From Candidatus Saccharimonadota bacterium (GTDB lineage Bacteria; Patescibacteriota; Microgenomatia; UBA1406; GWC2-37-13), in the NCBI GenBank assembly GCA_016700135.1, contig CP065004.1:1350001-1382000 (forward strand): a DNA stretch of 32,000 bases, written 5' to 3'. Shown here piece after piece: positions 14,484-22,808 of this stretch; positions within the stretch are counted from its first letter, which is position 1; each line of letters opens with the position of its first letter. The notes beneath the pieces are model-generated. The model ran no database searches. It was not told the origin of the DNA and worked only from the letters and a program-made list of their open reading frames with translations. Both the position numbers and the translations under genes were made by a program.

Positions 14484-15512
14484 ATGGAGGAACATCAAAA
14501 TCTACTTAACAACCTCGCAGAACTCCACGCCCACATCGGGTCATCAATCGCACCGCATGTATACTGGCATATAGCCAATAGTGAAGGTTACAAACTTCCC
14601 AAGCGCGATTATCACGAATTCGTAAATCATATCGTACTCTCAAAAGACCGCAAGATGACATTGAAAGAGTACCTTGATGATATCTATCATCCGATTCTCG
14701 ATAAGCTCTCATCCGGTACCCTCGCTCTTGAAAAGGCAGTATATGAAAGTCTCGGTGGAGCATACCGTTCAAACAGTATTAAGCTCTATGAGCTTCGAGG
14801 AAATCCGATGAAGCACAATAAAGAAGGCGAAGTCGATCTGGACCATGCGATTATGGCCATGCTTCGCGGAATGGAACGGGCACTTCTTGAGTACCCAAAG
14901 CTCCGAGCCGGACTCATTTTCTGTCTTGACAGACAGTTTTCGTATGAACAGAACAAAATCATTGTCGAAAAAGCAATCAAATACCGGCACCGCGGGGTAA
15001 TCGCTATCGATTTTTCAAACTACAACAAAAAAGGTTTTCACTTCAAAGATTATGTCTCTCTCGTCGAGCACGCACGGGAAAACGGTCTGAACATCACGGC
15101 CCATTCAGGAGAAACAGACGATACAAATGACATGTGGGAACTCATCGAGTATATCAACCCTGACCGTATCGGCCACGGCATAAAAGCAGCATATGATAAG
15201 AAACTTATGGCGGAACTTGCAAAACGGGGAACTTTCCTTGAAGTCTGTCCTATGAGCAACTTATTAACTAAAGCAGTCAAAGATGATAAAGAGATGCATT
15301 TTATTCTCAATACGCTATACGAAAGCGGTGTCAAATTCTCAATAAACACCGACTGGCCCGAAACTCTTGAAAACGGACACTTGAGAAAACAATATGAATA
15401 CGTTCTTGAGAAAAAAATGCTGACACAGGAACAGGCCAAACAGACAATCGAGTGGGGATTTGAAGCTTCCTTCATACCGATGAAGGAAAAAGAGAGCAAT
15501 CTCTATTTATAA
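14484..15512 (+). CDS. add: adenosine deaminase family protein
   Basis: Metal and catalytic motifs are LAELHAHIGSS, NITAHSGE, DRIGHG and FSINTDWP. Length is 342 aa. Confidence 0.8.
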   Translation: MEEHQNLLNNLAELHAHIGSSIAPHVYWHIANSEGYKLPKRDYHEFVNHIVLSKDRKMTLKEYLDDIYHPILDKLSSGTLALEKAVYESLGGAYRSNSIKLYELRGNPMKHNKEGEVDLDHAIMAMLRGMERALLEYPKLRAGLIFCLDRQFSYEQNKIIVEKAIKYRHRGVIAIDFSNYNKKGFHFKDYVSLVEHARENGLNITAHSGETDDTNDMWELIEYINPDRIGHGIKAAYDKKLMAELAKRGTFLEVCPMSNLLTKAVKDDKEMHFILNTLYESGVKFSINTDWPETLENGHLRKQYEYVLEKKMLTQEQAKQTIEWGFEASFIPMKEKESNLYL

Positions 15513-15528
15513 GTCATTTCTTTTGCCG

Positions 15529-16686
15529 ATGCAATTCACCAATAACTACCCTGAAAAAATAATTTCAGACGGAATAACCTTTGATGACGTTCTCCTTCTC
15601 CCCGGTTACAGTGATTTCAGACGGCAGGATATCACCCTTACGACACGACTTACAAAAAATATCAGCATAGATGTACCTCTCGTGTCCTCCCCCATGGATA
15701 CAGTCACTGAATCAGCTCTTGCTATCGCTCTCGGAAAAGCGGGCGGGATCGGGATCATCCACCGAAATCTCACCCTTGAAGAGCAGGCAGAAGAAGTAAA
15801 AAAAACAAAAGAAGCAGGTGTGAAGGTCGGGGCCGCAATCGGGGCAAGTCCCGGTTTTGAAGCACGGGCCGAAGCTCTCGTCGGACAAGAGGTCGATGTT
15901 ATCGTAATTGACACTGCACACGGTTATGCTGATTACATCATTGAGACAATTAAATACCTGAAAAAAACATACCCGAAAACAGATATTATTGCAGGAAGCA
16001 TCGCAACATATGACGGAGCAAAAGCTCTCATCGAAGCAGGAGCTGACGGTCTTCGCGTCGGAATGGGACCTGGGGCAATCTGTACCACCCGTATCATTTC
16101 CGGGATGGGTGTCCCGCAAATCACTGCCATTCTTGAAACGCATCGTGCGGCACATGATGCCGGCGTACCTGTCATAGCAGACGGAGGCATCAAATACTCG
16201 GGAGATATGGTCAAAGCATTCGCGGCAGGTGCCGAAACCGTGATGATGGGAAGCTTTTTTGCTTCATGTCAGGAAGCACCGGGCGAACACATCGAACTTC
16301 CTCCTGATCAGGTGCCGTCACGCTTTAAAAGCATTCTCAAACAGAAAAAATCTTCATATACATTCAAATCATATCGCGGAATGGGTTCGATTGCTGCCAT
16401 GCAAAAAGGAACCGAAATCAAGTCAGAAGATGAATTTCACGGAAAAAGTTATAAAGATCGGGTTCTGGTAGCTGAAGGCGTCGAAGGCCTGGTACCGGTA
16501 AACGGACCTGTACAATCAGTAGTTGATCAGGCAGTCGGAGGAATCCGGTCAGGTCTTTACTACATCGGAGCAAAAACAATCAAGGAAGTACGGGAAAAAG
16601 GGAAGTTCATCCAGATCACTCAGGCATCACTCACTGAAAGTCATCCGCACGATATTTTGGTGACCAATCCGGGTGAAAACTACTAA
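15529..16686 (+). CDS. guaB: IMP dehydrogenase lacking the CBS (Bateman) subdomain
   Basis: Motifs are [31 protein letters not shown] followed directly by the barrel (no CBS pair), the catalytic loop [22 protein letters not shown], and the flap [11 protein letters not shown]...VAEGVEG. A TTG alternative start lies at 15523. Confidence 0.85.
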   Translation: MQFTNNYPEKIISDGITFDDVLLLPGYSDFRRQDITLTTRLTKNISIDVPLVSSPMDTVTESALAIALGKAGGIGIIHRNLTLEEQAEEVKKTKEAGVKVGAAIGASPGFEARAEALVGQEVDVIVIDTAHGYADYIIETIKYLKKTYPKTDIIAGSIATYDGAKALIEAGADGLRVGMGPGAICTTRIISGMGVPQITAILETHRAAHDAGVPVIADGGIKYSGDMVKAFAAGAETVMMGSFFASCQEAPGEHIELPPDQVPSRFKSILKQKKSSYTFKSYRGMGSIAAMQKGTEIKSEDEFHGKSYKDRVLVAEGVEGLVPVNGPVQSVVDQAVGGIRSGLYYIGAKTIKEVREKGKFIQITQASLTESHPHDILVTNPGENY

Positions 16687-16700
16687 TTACTTATTGAAAT

Positions 16701-18122
16701 ATGTCAATTGCACTAGCTGAAGTTCCTTCTATATCTGAATATGATAGCCGTATAGCAGATATTATAGAAGGAAGCGAACTCGGATATATTTACAATCACC
16801 CTGACAAGAGACTGTATGAACCAATTCCGAATCCCGATCAGTTCGTGGCAGAAGCATGGAACGGATACCAGGGGCCTGTCGGCGTATATGTCCATGTTCC
16901 GTGGTGTACGGACAAGCCTGCCCCTGCAACAGATGCCCGACGTATGGCCGAACACGGCGTCATTTCTTCAGGACGTGATCATTTATGCTCATATTGCAAT
17001 CTGTACACGGCGGTCGGAAGAGATGTTCCGAATTGGTATGCTGCATCCGTACAACAGGAGGCTGCGATGTATAAACCTTTACTGGGCGGAAATGTTGAAG
17101 CACAGTCCCTCTACTTCGGCGGCGGATCTCCAAGTATTCTCTCCGTTGAAGATATGAGTGAGATGATTCGGGCAATTGAGCAAACGGTCGGACCTGTAGA
17201 CTTTGCCCACGAACGGGCAATTGAGGTAATTCCTGATTCCGTTGATTTGGCAAAACTGCAGGAAATGAGAAAGCTGTTCAATCGAATCAGCGTCGGAGTT
17301 CAGTCATTTGATCCGCAAGTACTGAGAAATACCGGTCGGGCATATGATCCCGGCCTTGCTCAGGAAGTAATACGAAATGCATTCTCAGCCGGCTTTGAGG
17401 ATATAAACGGAGATCTGATCATCGGACTTCAGGGCTCATCAGCTGAGACATTTCAACAAGATCTCGAAACGATGATCGGCAGTGGAGTTACGACAATAAC
17501 ACTGTATCCTAATATGATTCGTCCCGGAACACGTGCCGGGAAAATGGCACAGCATGGTCTCATATCATACCCTACAAGACAGGAAGTCACGGAGATAACT
17601 GACAGAGCAGCCGAACGGTTGCAACAGGAAGGATATCGAAGATTGTCACTGACTTGCTGGTCAAAAACAAAAGGATATCAGCAGGGTGAACAAATTTACT
17701 CAGGTATTCCGATCATCGGATTCGGGGCGGGGGCAAGAAGCTACGGACCGAATGCTCATTATGCACTTCCCTACTCTGAAGATGTACGGTTTATCAACAA
17801 CAGTATCGCACGTTGGAAACAGGGCATTGAAGCCGGTCATTTTCCGGATATGCACGGTATTGTCATGACTGACGACATGAAACAGCGGTCACATGCCATC
17901 CTAGGACTCATGTCACAGGAAGGTGTGAAGACAGAGTTTTTACAAAATCACTTTTCCGGACAGCTTCAGGCACTCATGAAAGCCGGACTTGTAACAGTCG
18001 AAGATGAAGCTGTGCATTATACGGACAAAGGAAAGGCTCACAGCGGAGCTCTTTCCGAGATATTTTTCTCTGAGGAAGATAAACAAATACTAGCAATGAA
18101 GGACTCAGTCAGACAACATTAA
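16701..18122 (+). CDS. HemN/HemW-like radical SAM protein with an interrupted cluster motif
   Basis: VYVHVPWC-x26-CSYCNLY replaces the expected CX3CX2C (Cys codons at 16905-16907, 16986-16988 and 16995-16997). Other family motifs are LYFGGGSPS, NRISVGVQSFDPQVLRNTGRAYD and INGDLIIGLQG. Confidence 0.7.
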   Translation: MSIALAEVPSISEYDSRIADIIEGSELGYIYNHPDKRLYEPIPNPDQFVAEAWNGYQGPVGVYVHVPWCTDKPAPATDARRMAEHGVISSGRDHLCSYCNLYTAVGRDVPNWYAASVQQEAAMYKPLLGGNVEAQSLYFGGGSPSILSVEDMSEMIRAIEQTVGPVDFAHERAIEVIPDSVDLAKLQEMRKLFNRISVGVQSFDPQVLRNTGRAYDPGLAQEVIRNAFSAGFEDINGDLIIGLQGSSAETFQQDLETMIGSGVTTITLYPNMIRPGTRAGKMAQHGLISYPTRQEVTEITDRAAERLQQEGYRRLSLTCWSKTKGYQQGEQIYSGIPIIGFGAGARSYGPNAHYALPYSEDVRFINNSIARWKQGIEAGHFPDMHGIVMTDDMKQRSHAILGLMSQEGVKTEFLQNHFSGQLQALMKAGLVTVEDEAVHYTDKGKAHSGALSEIFFSEEDKQILAMKDSVRQH

Positions 18123-18138
18123 CGTATTCATATTTTTT

Positions 18139-19728
18139 ATGATTATCATTATCGATTTCGGATCCCAAACAACCCACCTTATTTCCAGAAGACTGAGAGA
18201 GATTTCAGTTGAAACAAAAATTGTAGAGCCGGAAGACTTTTTTGCTGAAACAAAGGATCTTTCGTATGACGGGATCATTTTTTCGGGCGGTCCTACCAGC
18301 GTCTATGAAGAAGGCGCCCCGACAATCGATAAAAAAGTTTTTGAAACAGGCAAGCCGATTCTCGGTATCTGTTACGGAGAGCAGATTATTGCTCATGTCC
18401 TCGACGGAGAAGTCAAACCAGGAAAGAAAAAAGAATACGGGCCGGCGACCTTGACTATTCTGAAGGAATCTCCCCTCTTTGACTTCAGTCATCCTGAGGG
18501 AGGAATGACCGAAGGATCCAGTCAACAAAAACGAGATTCTTCGCATCTGAATGACATACAATCATTTTCCGTCTGGATGAACCACGGAGATGAGCTTGCG
18601 CAGATTCCAAGCGGATTTGAGAAAATCGCCGTCACGGAAACTATTCCGTACGCAGCAATTGCAGATGAAGAAAGAAAAATCTACGGAGTTCAGTTTCATC
18701 CCGAGGTAGTCCATACTCAATTCGGACTGCAAATACTAAAAAACTTTGCCGGTATCTGCGGCCTGTCACCGAAAGACCAGCCCATCACTGAAGAGTTTGT
18801 GAACAAACAAATTCAGGATATCAAAGATTCTGTCGGAGAGGCACAGGTCATCGGAGCACTTTCAGGCGGAGTTGACTCCTCTATCGCCTGTCTTATGGTA
18901 CATAAAGCCATCGGAGATCAGTTTACGGCAATCTATATCGATTCCGGACTGATGCGTGCAGGTGAGACGGAAGAACTTGAAAAGGTCTTTAAAGAAAACT
19001 ATCAGATGAATGTCAAAATCGTGTCGGCTGAAGAAGAGTTTTTGAACAACCTCGAAGGTGTCACTGATCCGGAGAAGAAACGAAAAATTATCGGAAAGAC
19101 ATTCATTGATGTTCTTGAAAGAGAAGCAAAAAAGCTTGATGCAACGTTTTTGGTACAGGGAACCATTTATCCTGACGTCATCGAAAGTGCAGGTACAAAG
19201 CATGCCAAGAATATAAAAAGTCATCATAATGTCGGCGGATTGCCGGAACATATGAACATCATGCTTCTTGAGCCTATTCGTAATTTTTATAAGGATGAGG
19301 TTCGTGCAATAGGAAAGATTTTAGGTCTTCCGAAGGAAATAACCCATAGACATCCGTTTCCCGGTCCGGGTCTTGCCATACGGACTATTGGAGAGGTTTC
19401 TAAACAAAAACTTGAAATTTTGAGGAGAGCTGATAGAATTGTGCAAGAGGAAATCAAAAAATCCGGAACGGTTGATGATTTCTGGCAGGTTTTTGCAATT
19501 TTTACCGGAGTTAAAACTACCGGCGTACGCGGAGACGACCGTGCATACGGCGAAACGATTGCTATCAGAGCAGTTGAGTCAAAGGATGTCATGTCAGCAG
19601 GTTTTGCAAAACTGCCGTGGGAGCTTTTAGAAGCAATCAGTGTACGGATTGTTACAGAAGTTACCGAAGTCAATCGGGTTGTCTACGACATCACCAACAA
19701 ACCGCCCGGAACAATAGAATGGGAATGA
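18139..19728 (+). CDS. guaA: GMP synthase (glutamine-hydrolysing)
   Basis: The GATase domain has GICYGEQ and VQFHPEV. The ATP-pyrophosphatase P-loop is LSGGVDSS. The C-terminal dimerisation tail is ...NKPPGTIEWE. Confidence 0.9.
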   Translation: MIIIIDFGSQTTHLISRRLREISVETKIVEPEDFFAETKDLSYDGIIFSGGPTSVYEEGAPTIDKKVFETGKPILGICYGEQIIAHVLDGEVKPGKKKEYGPATLTILKESPLFDFSHPEGGMTEGSSQQKRDSSHLNDIQSFSVWMNHGDELAQIPSGFEKIAVTETIPYAAIADEERKIYGVQFHPEVVHTQFGLQILKNFAGICGLSPKDQPITEEFVNKQIQDIKDSVGEAQVIGALSGGVDSSIACLMVHKAIGDQFTAIYIDSGLMRAGETEELEKVFKENYQMNVKIVSAEEEFLNNLEGVTDPEKKRKIIGKTFIDVLEREAKKLDATFLVQGTIYPDVIESAGTKHAKNIKSHHNVGGLPEHMNIMLLEPIRNFYKDEVRAIGKILGLPKEITHRHPFPGPGLAIRTIGEVSKQKLEILRRADRIVQEEIKKSGTVDDFWQVFAIFTGVKTTGVRGDDRAYGETIAIRAVESKDVMSAGFAKLPWELLEAISVRIVTEVTEVNRVVYDITNKPPGTIEWE

Positions 19729-19744
19729 TCCTCTCAATAAGATT

Positions 19745-22120
19745 ATGGCAGTAGGAGTTGAAAAAGGAACGCCGATCATCAATCAGGTCATCCCTGATCA
19801 AATCACATCTTCTCTCCCTCCCTTGGGAACAACCAATCCTCATAAAGTCAAAGAGTTTGCTGCCGGCATGGGTATGCCTATCAAACTCCTTCAAACAGTA
19901 GAAGTCGACGTTGATGAAATCCAGGATGAATCTTTGGAAAAAGTAGTTGAGAAAAAAGCAAAAGCGGCATATGAAGCAGCAGGCGGAATTCCTGTAATTG
20001 TTGAAGACACCGGACTAACGATTTATGAAATGTCTGATATCTGTCAGCCTCCTTTTGTCAAATTCTGGGCAGGTGACCGCAATAAACGAAAAAAATTATG
20101 CAAAATACTTGACGGAGAAGACCGCAGCGCACAAGCCGAAACAATTTATGCCGTTTATGACGGACAGGAAGTCCAGTCAAGAAAAGGAAGAGTAACCGGC
20201 CGTATAGCGGAAAAACCCGTTGGCAATCCGGACTTCGGCTGGGATGATATTTTTATTCCGGACGGACAGGAAGCACTTGAAGGATGGGAAGAGGGATCGG
20301 AACCCCGAACATTTGCTCAGATGTCACTGGACGAAAAAATGGAGCTTTCAATGAGACAGGAAGCCATCAGGAAAATCCTTGAGGATCCCTTTTCAGTTGG
20401 AATCTGGGTACACGCACTGGCAAAAAGCCTAGATATGGAACTTGACTCAATTGATGAGGAATACTTTAAAGGTGAAGCAATGGCACAGGCCAGGAAACAT
20501 GCATTCGGTCTGAGGTCACTCGGCGGGATGCAGGAAAATGAAAGTCTGACAATTGAAGAAGAAGATCTGCCTCCGTTTTATGAAGTACGTCTTCATGAAG
20601 ACATCTGGCAATATACCCATGATCCCAGTTCACCTGACCTCGGACTTATCGTAAACGGATACGATCTCCGAAAGCTGCCCAACGGTCAGCCTACCCGGCT
20701 TGTCATCAATCCCGACGGAAGACCGAGCTTCATGCAGCATGAGGCCGATTCATACAGACGCGCTCTTGCCGAGCGGGCATATGAATACTCGATTCATCAT
20801 AATCCCGAAATGTATGCAAAACTGAGACAGCTGATGAAGGAAAAAACTCCGACAAGACCAAATCAGAAGTCTCCTATCCTCGAAGCGCTTCTGGGTCAAA
20901 ACGGCCAAAACGGACATGAAATTACACCTCAGGAAGTCGAAACATTTTCAGTCCCCGGATTTACAGATCTTGCTTATGCAAGACAGTACTCCGAAGAAAG
21001 TCAAAGCCGCACAGCCGCTGCAATGAATCATATTCTAAACAGAAACGGCGTTCCGACATCGGTATTTGCTCTCGGCGGGATGCCGCCGGTGACAGGATCA
21101 CGGGATGTCGTGACGACCGCAGCACTATCATTCATGAGGTCATATATCCCGCACAACAGTCTGTTTGTTGATTTTGACAGACGGAAAAAGATGTTTGATG
21201 AATGTAAAACCTATGTTGAGGACATGATCCCTGGCGAAGAAAATGATGACATCAGAAAGCTCGCAGTCGCACAGATCGGTGTCTGTGTCAGCGGTAAAGA
21301 TATTGAAGCAATTGCAAATCAGACGGATGAACTTATTCAGTCAGGATGCGGAAGTTTGCGAATTTATACAACAAACCCCGGACCTGAAGTTGTTGATGCC
21401 GCCCGCGCAATCGGAAAAACGGTAAAAGAAAAACGCGATCCGAATGAAACACTGCCGTTTCATCTGTGTGTCGGACCTATCGTTGATATCAAACAGGCAG
21501 AAGAGCTCCTGAAAGTATCCCAGGAATACGGCATTGCCCTGACGTTGCTTGGAGGACACGGTGGAGGGGAAAACTGTACTTCACTCGAAGGAGGAGCGGC
21601 TGCAAATGCTATTGAGATCATCTACGGACTCTCAAAACGAGAAGAATTTAACGATGTATCACTCGGATTTGAAGGCGGATTGGGAACATGGTTCGGTCCT
21701 TGGATGGGGAGAATAGAACAGATATCAAAAGACGGAAGCATGGTACGCGGTTGCGTCGAGACTCAAGGAGGACTCAGCATACTGCATAAATCCGGTGCAC
21801 CGGTCCAGCCGTACTCCGGGACTGCCAGTCCGTGGACACAAATGGTCGAAGAAGCACTCGGCCTTGCTGATCGCACCAATCCTGCAGGACAACTCAAAAA
21901 TGATGAAGGAAAACCCGGATATATGAAAACTCCTCACTGGGCAGTAAGTATTACCCATTATTTCTATGCGATGCGAAGTATGCTTGGGCGTACCCTTGCG
22001 GATCAGCGTGCAAGTTCGATTGATGAAATAATCGCAAATATCAAGGATGACGGAGATAATCATCGTGCCGCAAGCCCCGGATCAGTAGCAACGGCAAAAC
22101 CACATCGCCCTCAGATGTGA
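19745..22120 (+). CDS. fusion protein: Ham1/RdgB-type ITPase domain, ~180-aa unknown region, and a divergent IMPDH/GMP-reductase-family barrel
   Basis: The N-domain (to about 20393) has LGTTNPHKVKEF, VIVEDTGL, NPDFGWDDIFIP and TFAQMSLDEKMELSMRQEA. The C-terminal region (about 20945-22117) aligns motif for motif with the neighbouring GuaB: FSVPGFTD against [27 protein letters not shown] against [35 protein letters not shown] against [17 protein letters not shown] (Cys codon 21575-21577), and SLGFEGGLG against VIADGGIKY. Confidence 0.6.
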   Translation: MAVGVEKGTPIINQVIPDQITSSLPPLGTTNPHKVKEFAAGMGMPIKLLQTVEVDVDEIQDESLEKVVEKKAKAAYEAAGGIPVIVEDTGLTIYEMSDICQPPFVKFWAGDRNKRKKLCKILDGEDRSAQAETIYAVYDGQEVQSRKGRVTGRIAEKPVGNPDFGWDDIFIPDGQEALEGWEEGSEPRTFAQMSLDEKMELSMRQEAIRKILEDPFSVGIWVHALAKSLDMELDSIDEEYFKGEAMAQARKHAFGLRSLGGMQENESLTIEEEDLPPFYEVRLHEDIWQYTHDPSSPDLGLIVNGYDLRKLPNGQPTRLVINPDGRPSFMQHEADSYRRALAERAYEYSIHHNPEMYAKLRQLMKEKTPTRPNQKSPILEALLGQNGQNGHEITPQEVETFSVPGFTDLAYARQYSEESQSRTAAAMNHILNRNGVPTSVFALGGMPPVTGSRDVVTTAALSFMRSYIPHNSLFVDFDRRKKMFDECKTYVEDMIPGEENDDIRKLAVAQIGVCVSGKDIEAIANQTDELIQSGCGSLRIYTTNPGPEVVDAARAIGKTVKEKRDPNETLPFHLCVGPIVDIKQAEELLKVSQEYGIALTLLGGHGGGENCTSLEGGAAANAIEIIYGLSKREEFNDVSLGFEGGLGTWFGPWMGRIEQISKDGSMVRGCVETQGGLSILHKSGAPVQPYSGTASPWTQMVEEALGLADRTNPAGQLKNDEGKPGYMKTPHWAVSITHYFYAMRSMLGRTLADQRASSIDEIIANIKDDGDNHRAASPGSVATAKPHRPQM

Positions 22121-22139
22121 TACAGTTATTGGGACAGCT

Positions 22140-22796
22140 TTACCTGCTGAGTTCCTGCACCTTTTGCACCGCATCTTCTACCGTTCCGTCATTCATCACG
22201 ACATGCTCAAATAAATGCCCGAATTTTTCCCAGTCTGACCAATCTCTTTCAAGTCTCTGGAGGAATTTCTCTTTTTTTGCCGCAAATTCTTCAGGATTTC
22301 GGCCTCTCACCCGATGATACAAGGTAGTAAGTGCCGGAACTCCGACATAAACCACGAGCGTTCTCTCTTTAAGAAGTGCAGCTTCTTCGGCAGAGAAATT
22401 ATCTTCAAAGAATGTATCGGTTTGTGCTGCACGACTGGGGTCAATACGCCAAATGGTATTTTCACCCGCAAGTACTCTTTCAAAAGGCTCTCTCGTTGTC
22501 CCTTTATAATCAGGAGGCTGTCCTTCTTCCGCATAATTAAAATACTCTGCAAACTGACCCGCCGCAATCATTTCCTCAAATTGGGTTAAAGACACGAAAT
22601 TGTAGTCTATTCCGTCGACCTCTCCCGGTCGAGGATCACGGGATGCATATGTCACAATCCGTTCGGCATCAAACCCCGGGATTCTCATGACTTCATTGCT
22701 TATTGTATCTTTTCCCGCACCAGACGGACCCGTCATAACGAGAAGCATTCCACGTGAGGCAGGTTCGTATTCTACTTGAGGTTTTAGGGTTTCCAT
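22140..22796 (-). CDS. gmk: guanylate kinase
   Basis: The P-loop is TGPSGAGKDT, and the GMP-binding segment is YASRDPRPGEVDGIDYNFVSLTQFEEMIAAGQFAEY. Length is 218 aa. Confidence 0.75.
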   Translation of the reverse strand: METLKPQVEYEPASRGMLLVMTGPSGAGKDTISNEVMRIPGFDAERIVTYASRDPRPGEVDGIDYNFVSLTQFEEMIAAGQFAEYFNYAEEGQPPDYKGTTREPFERVLAGENTIWRIDPSRAAQTDTFFEDNFSAEEAALLKERTLVVYVGVPALTTLYHRVRGRNPEEFAAKKEKFLQRLERDWSDWEKFGHLFEHVVMNDGTVEDAVQKVQELSR

Positions 22797-22808
22797 TAAT
22801 GAAGAATA

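Noticed and set aside
15606-16214. Antisense ORFs lie inside guaB (15606-15914, 15712-16155 and 15933-16214). Similar ones occur inside guaA, the rSAM gene, purF, leuB and leuC.
   Set aside because: These are shadow ORFs opposite well-supported genes. GC-richer coding DNA commonly leaves the antisense frames open.
22117-22317. A 66-aa + strand ORF begins at the stop of the fusion gene.
   Set aside because: It lies entirely antisense to the well-supported gmk gene, and its sequence is a low-complexity Ser/Cys/Phe-rich run.
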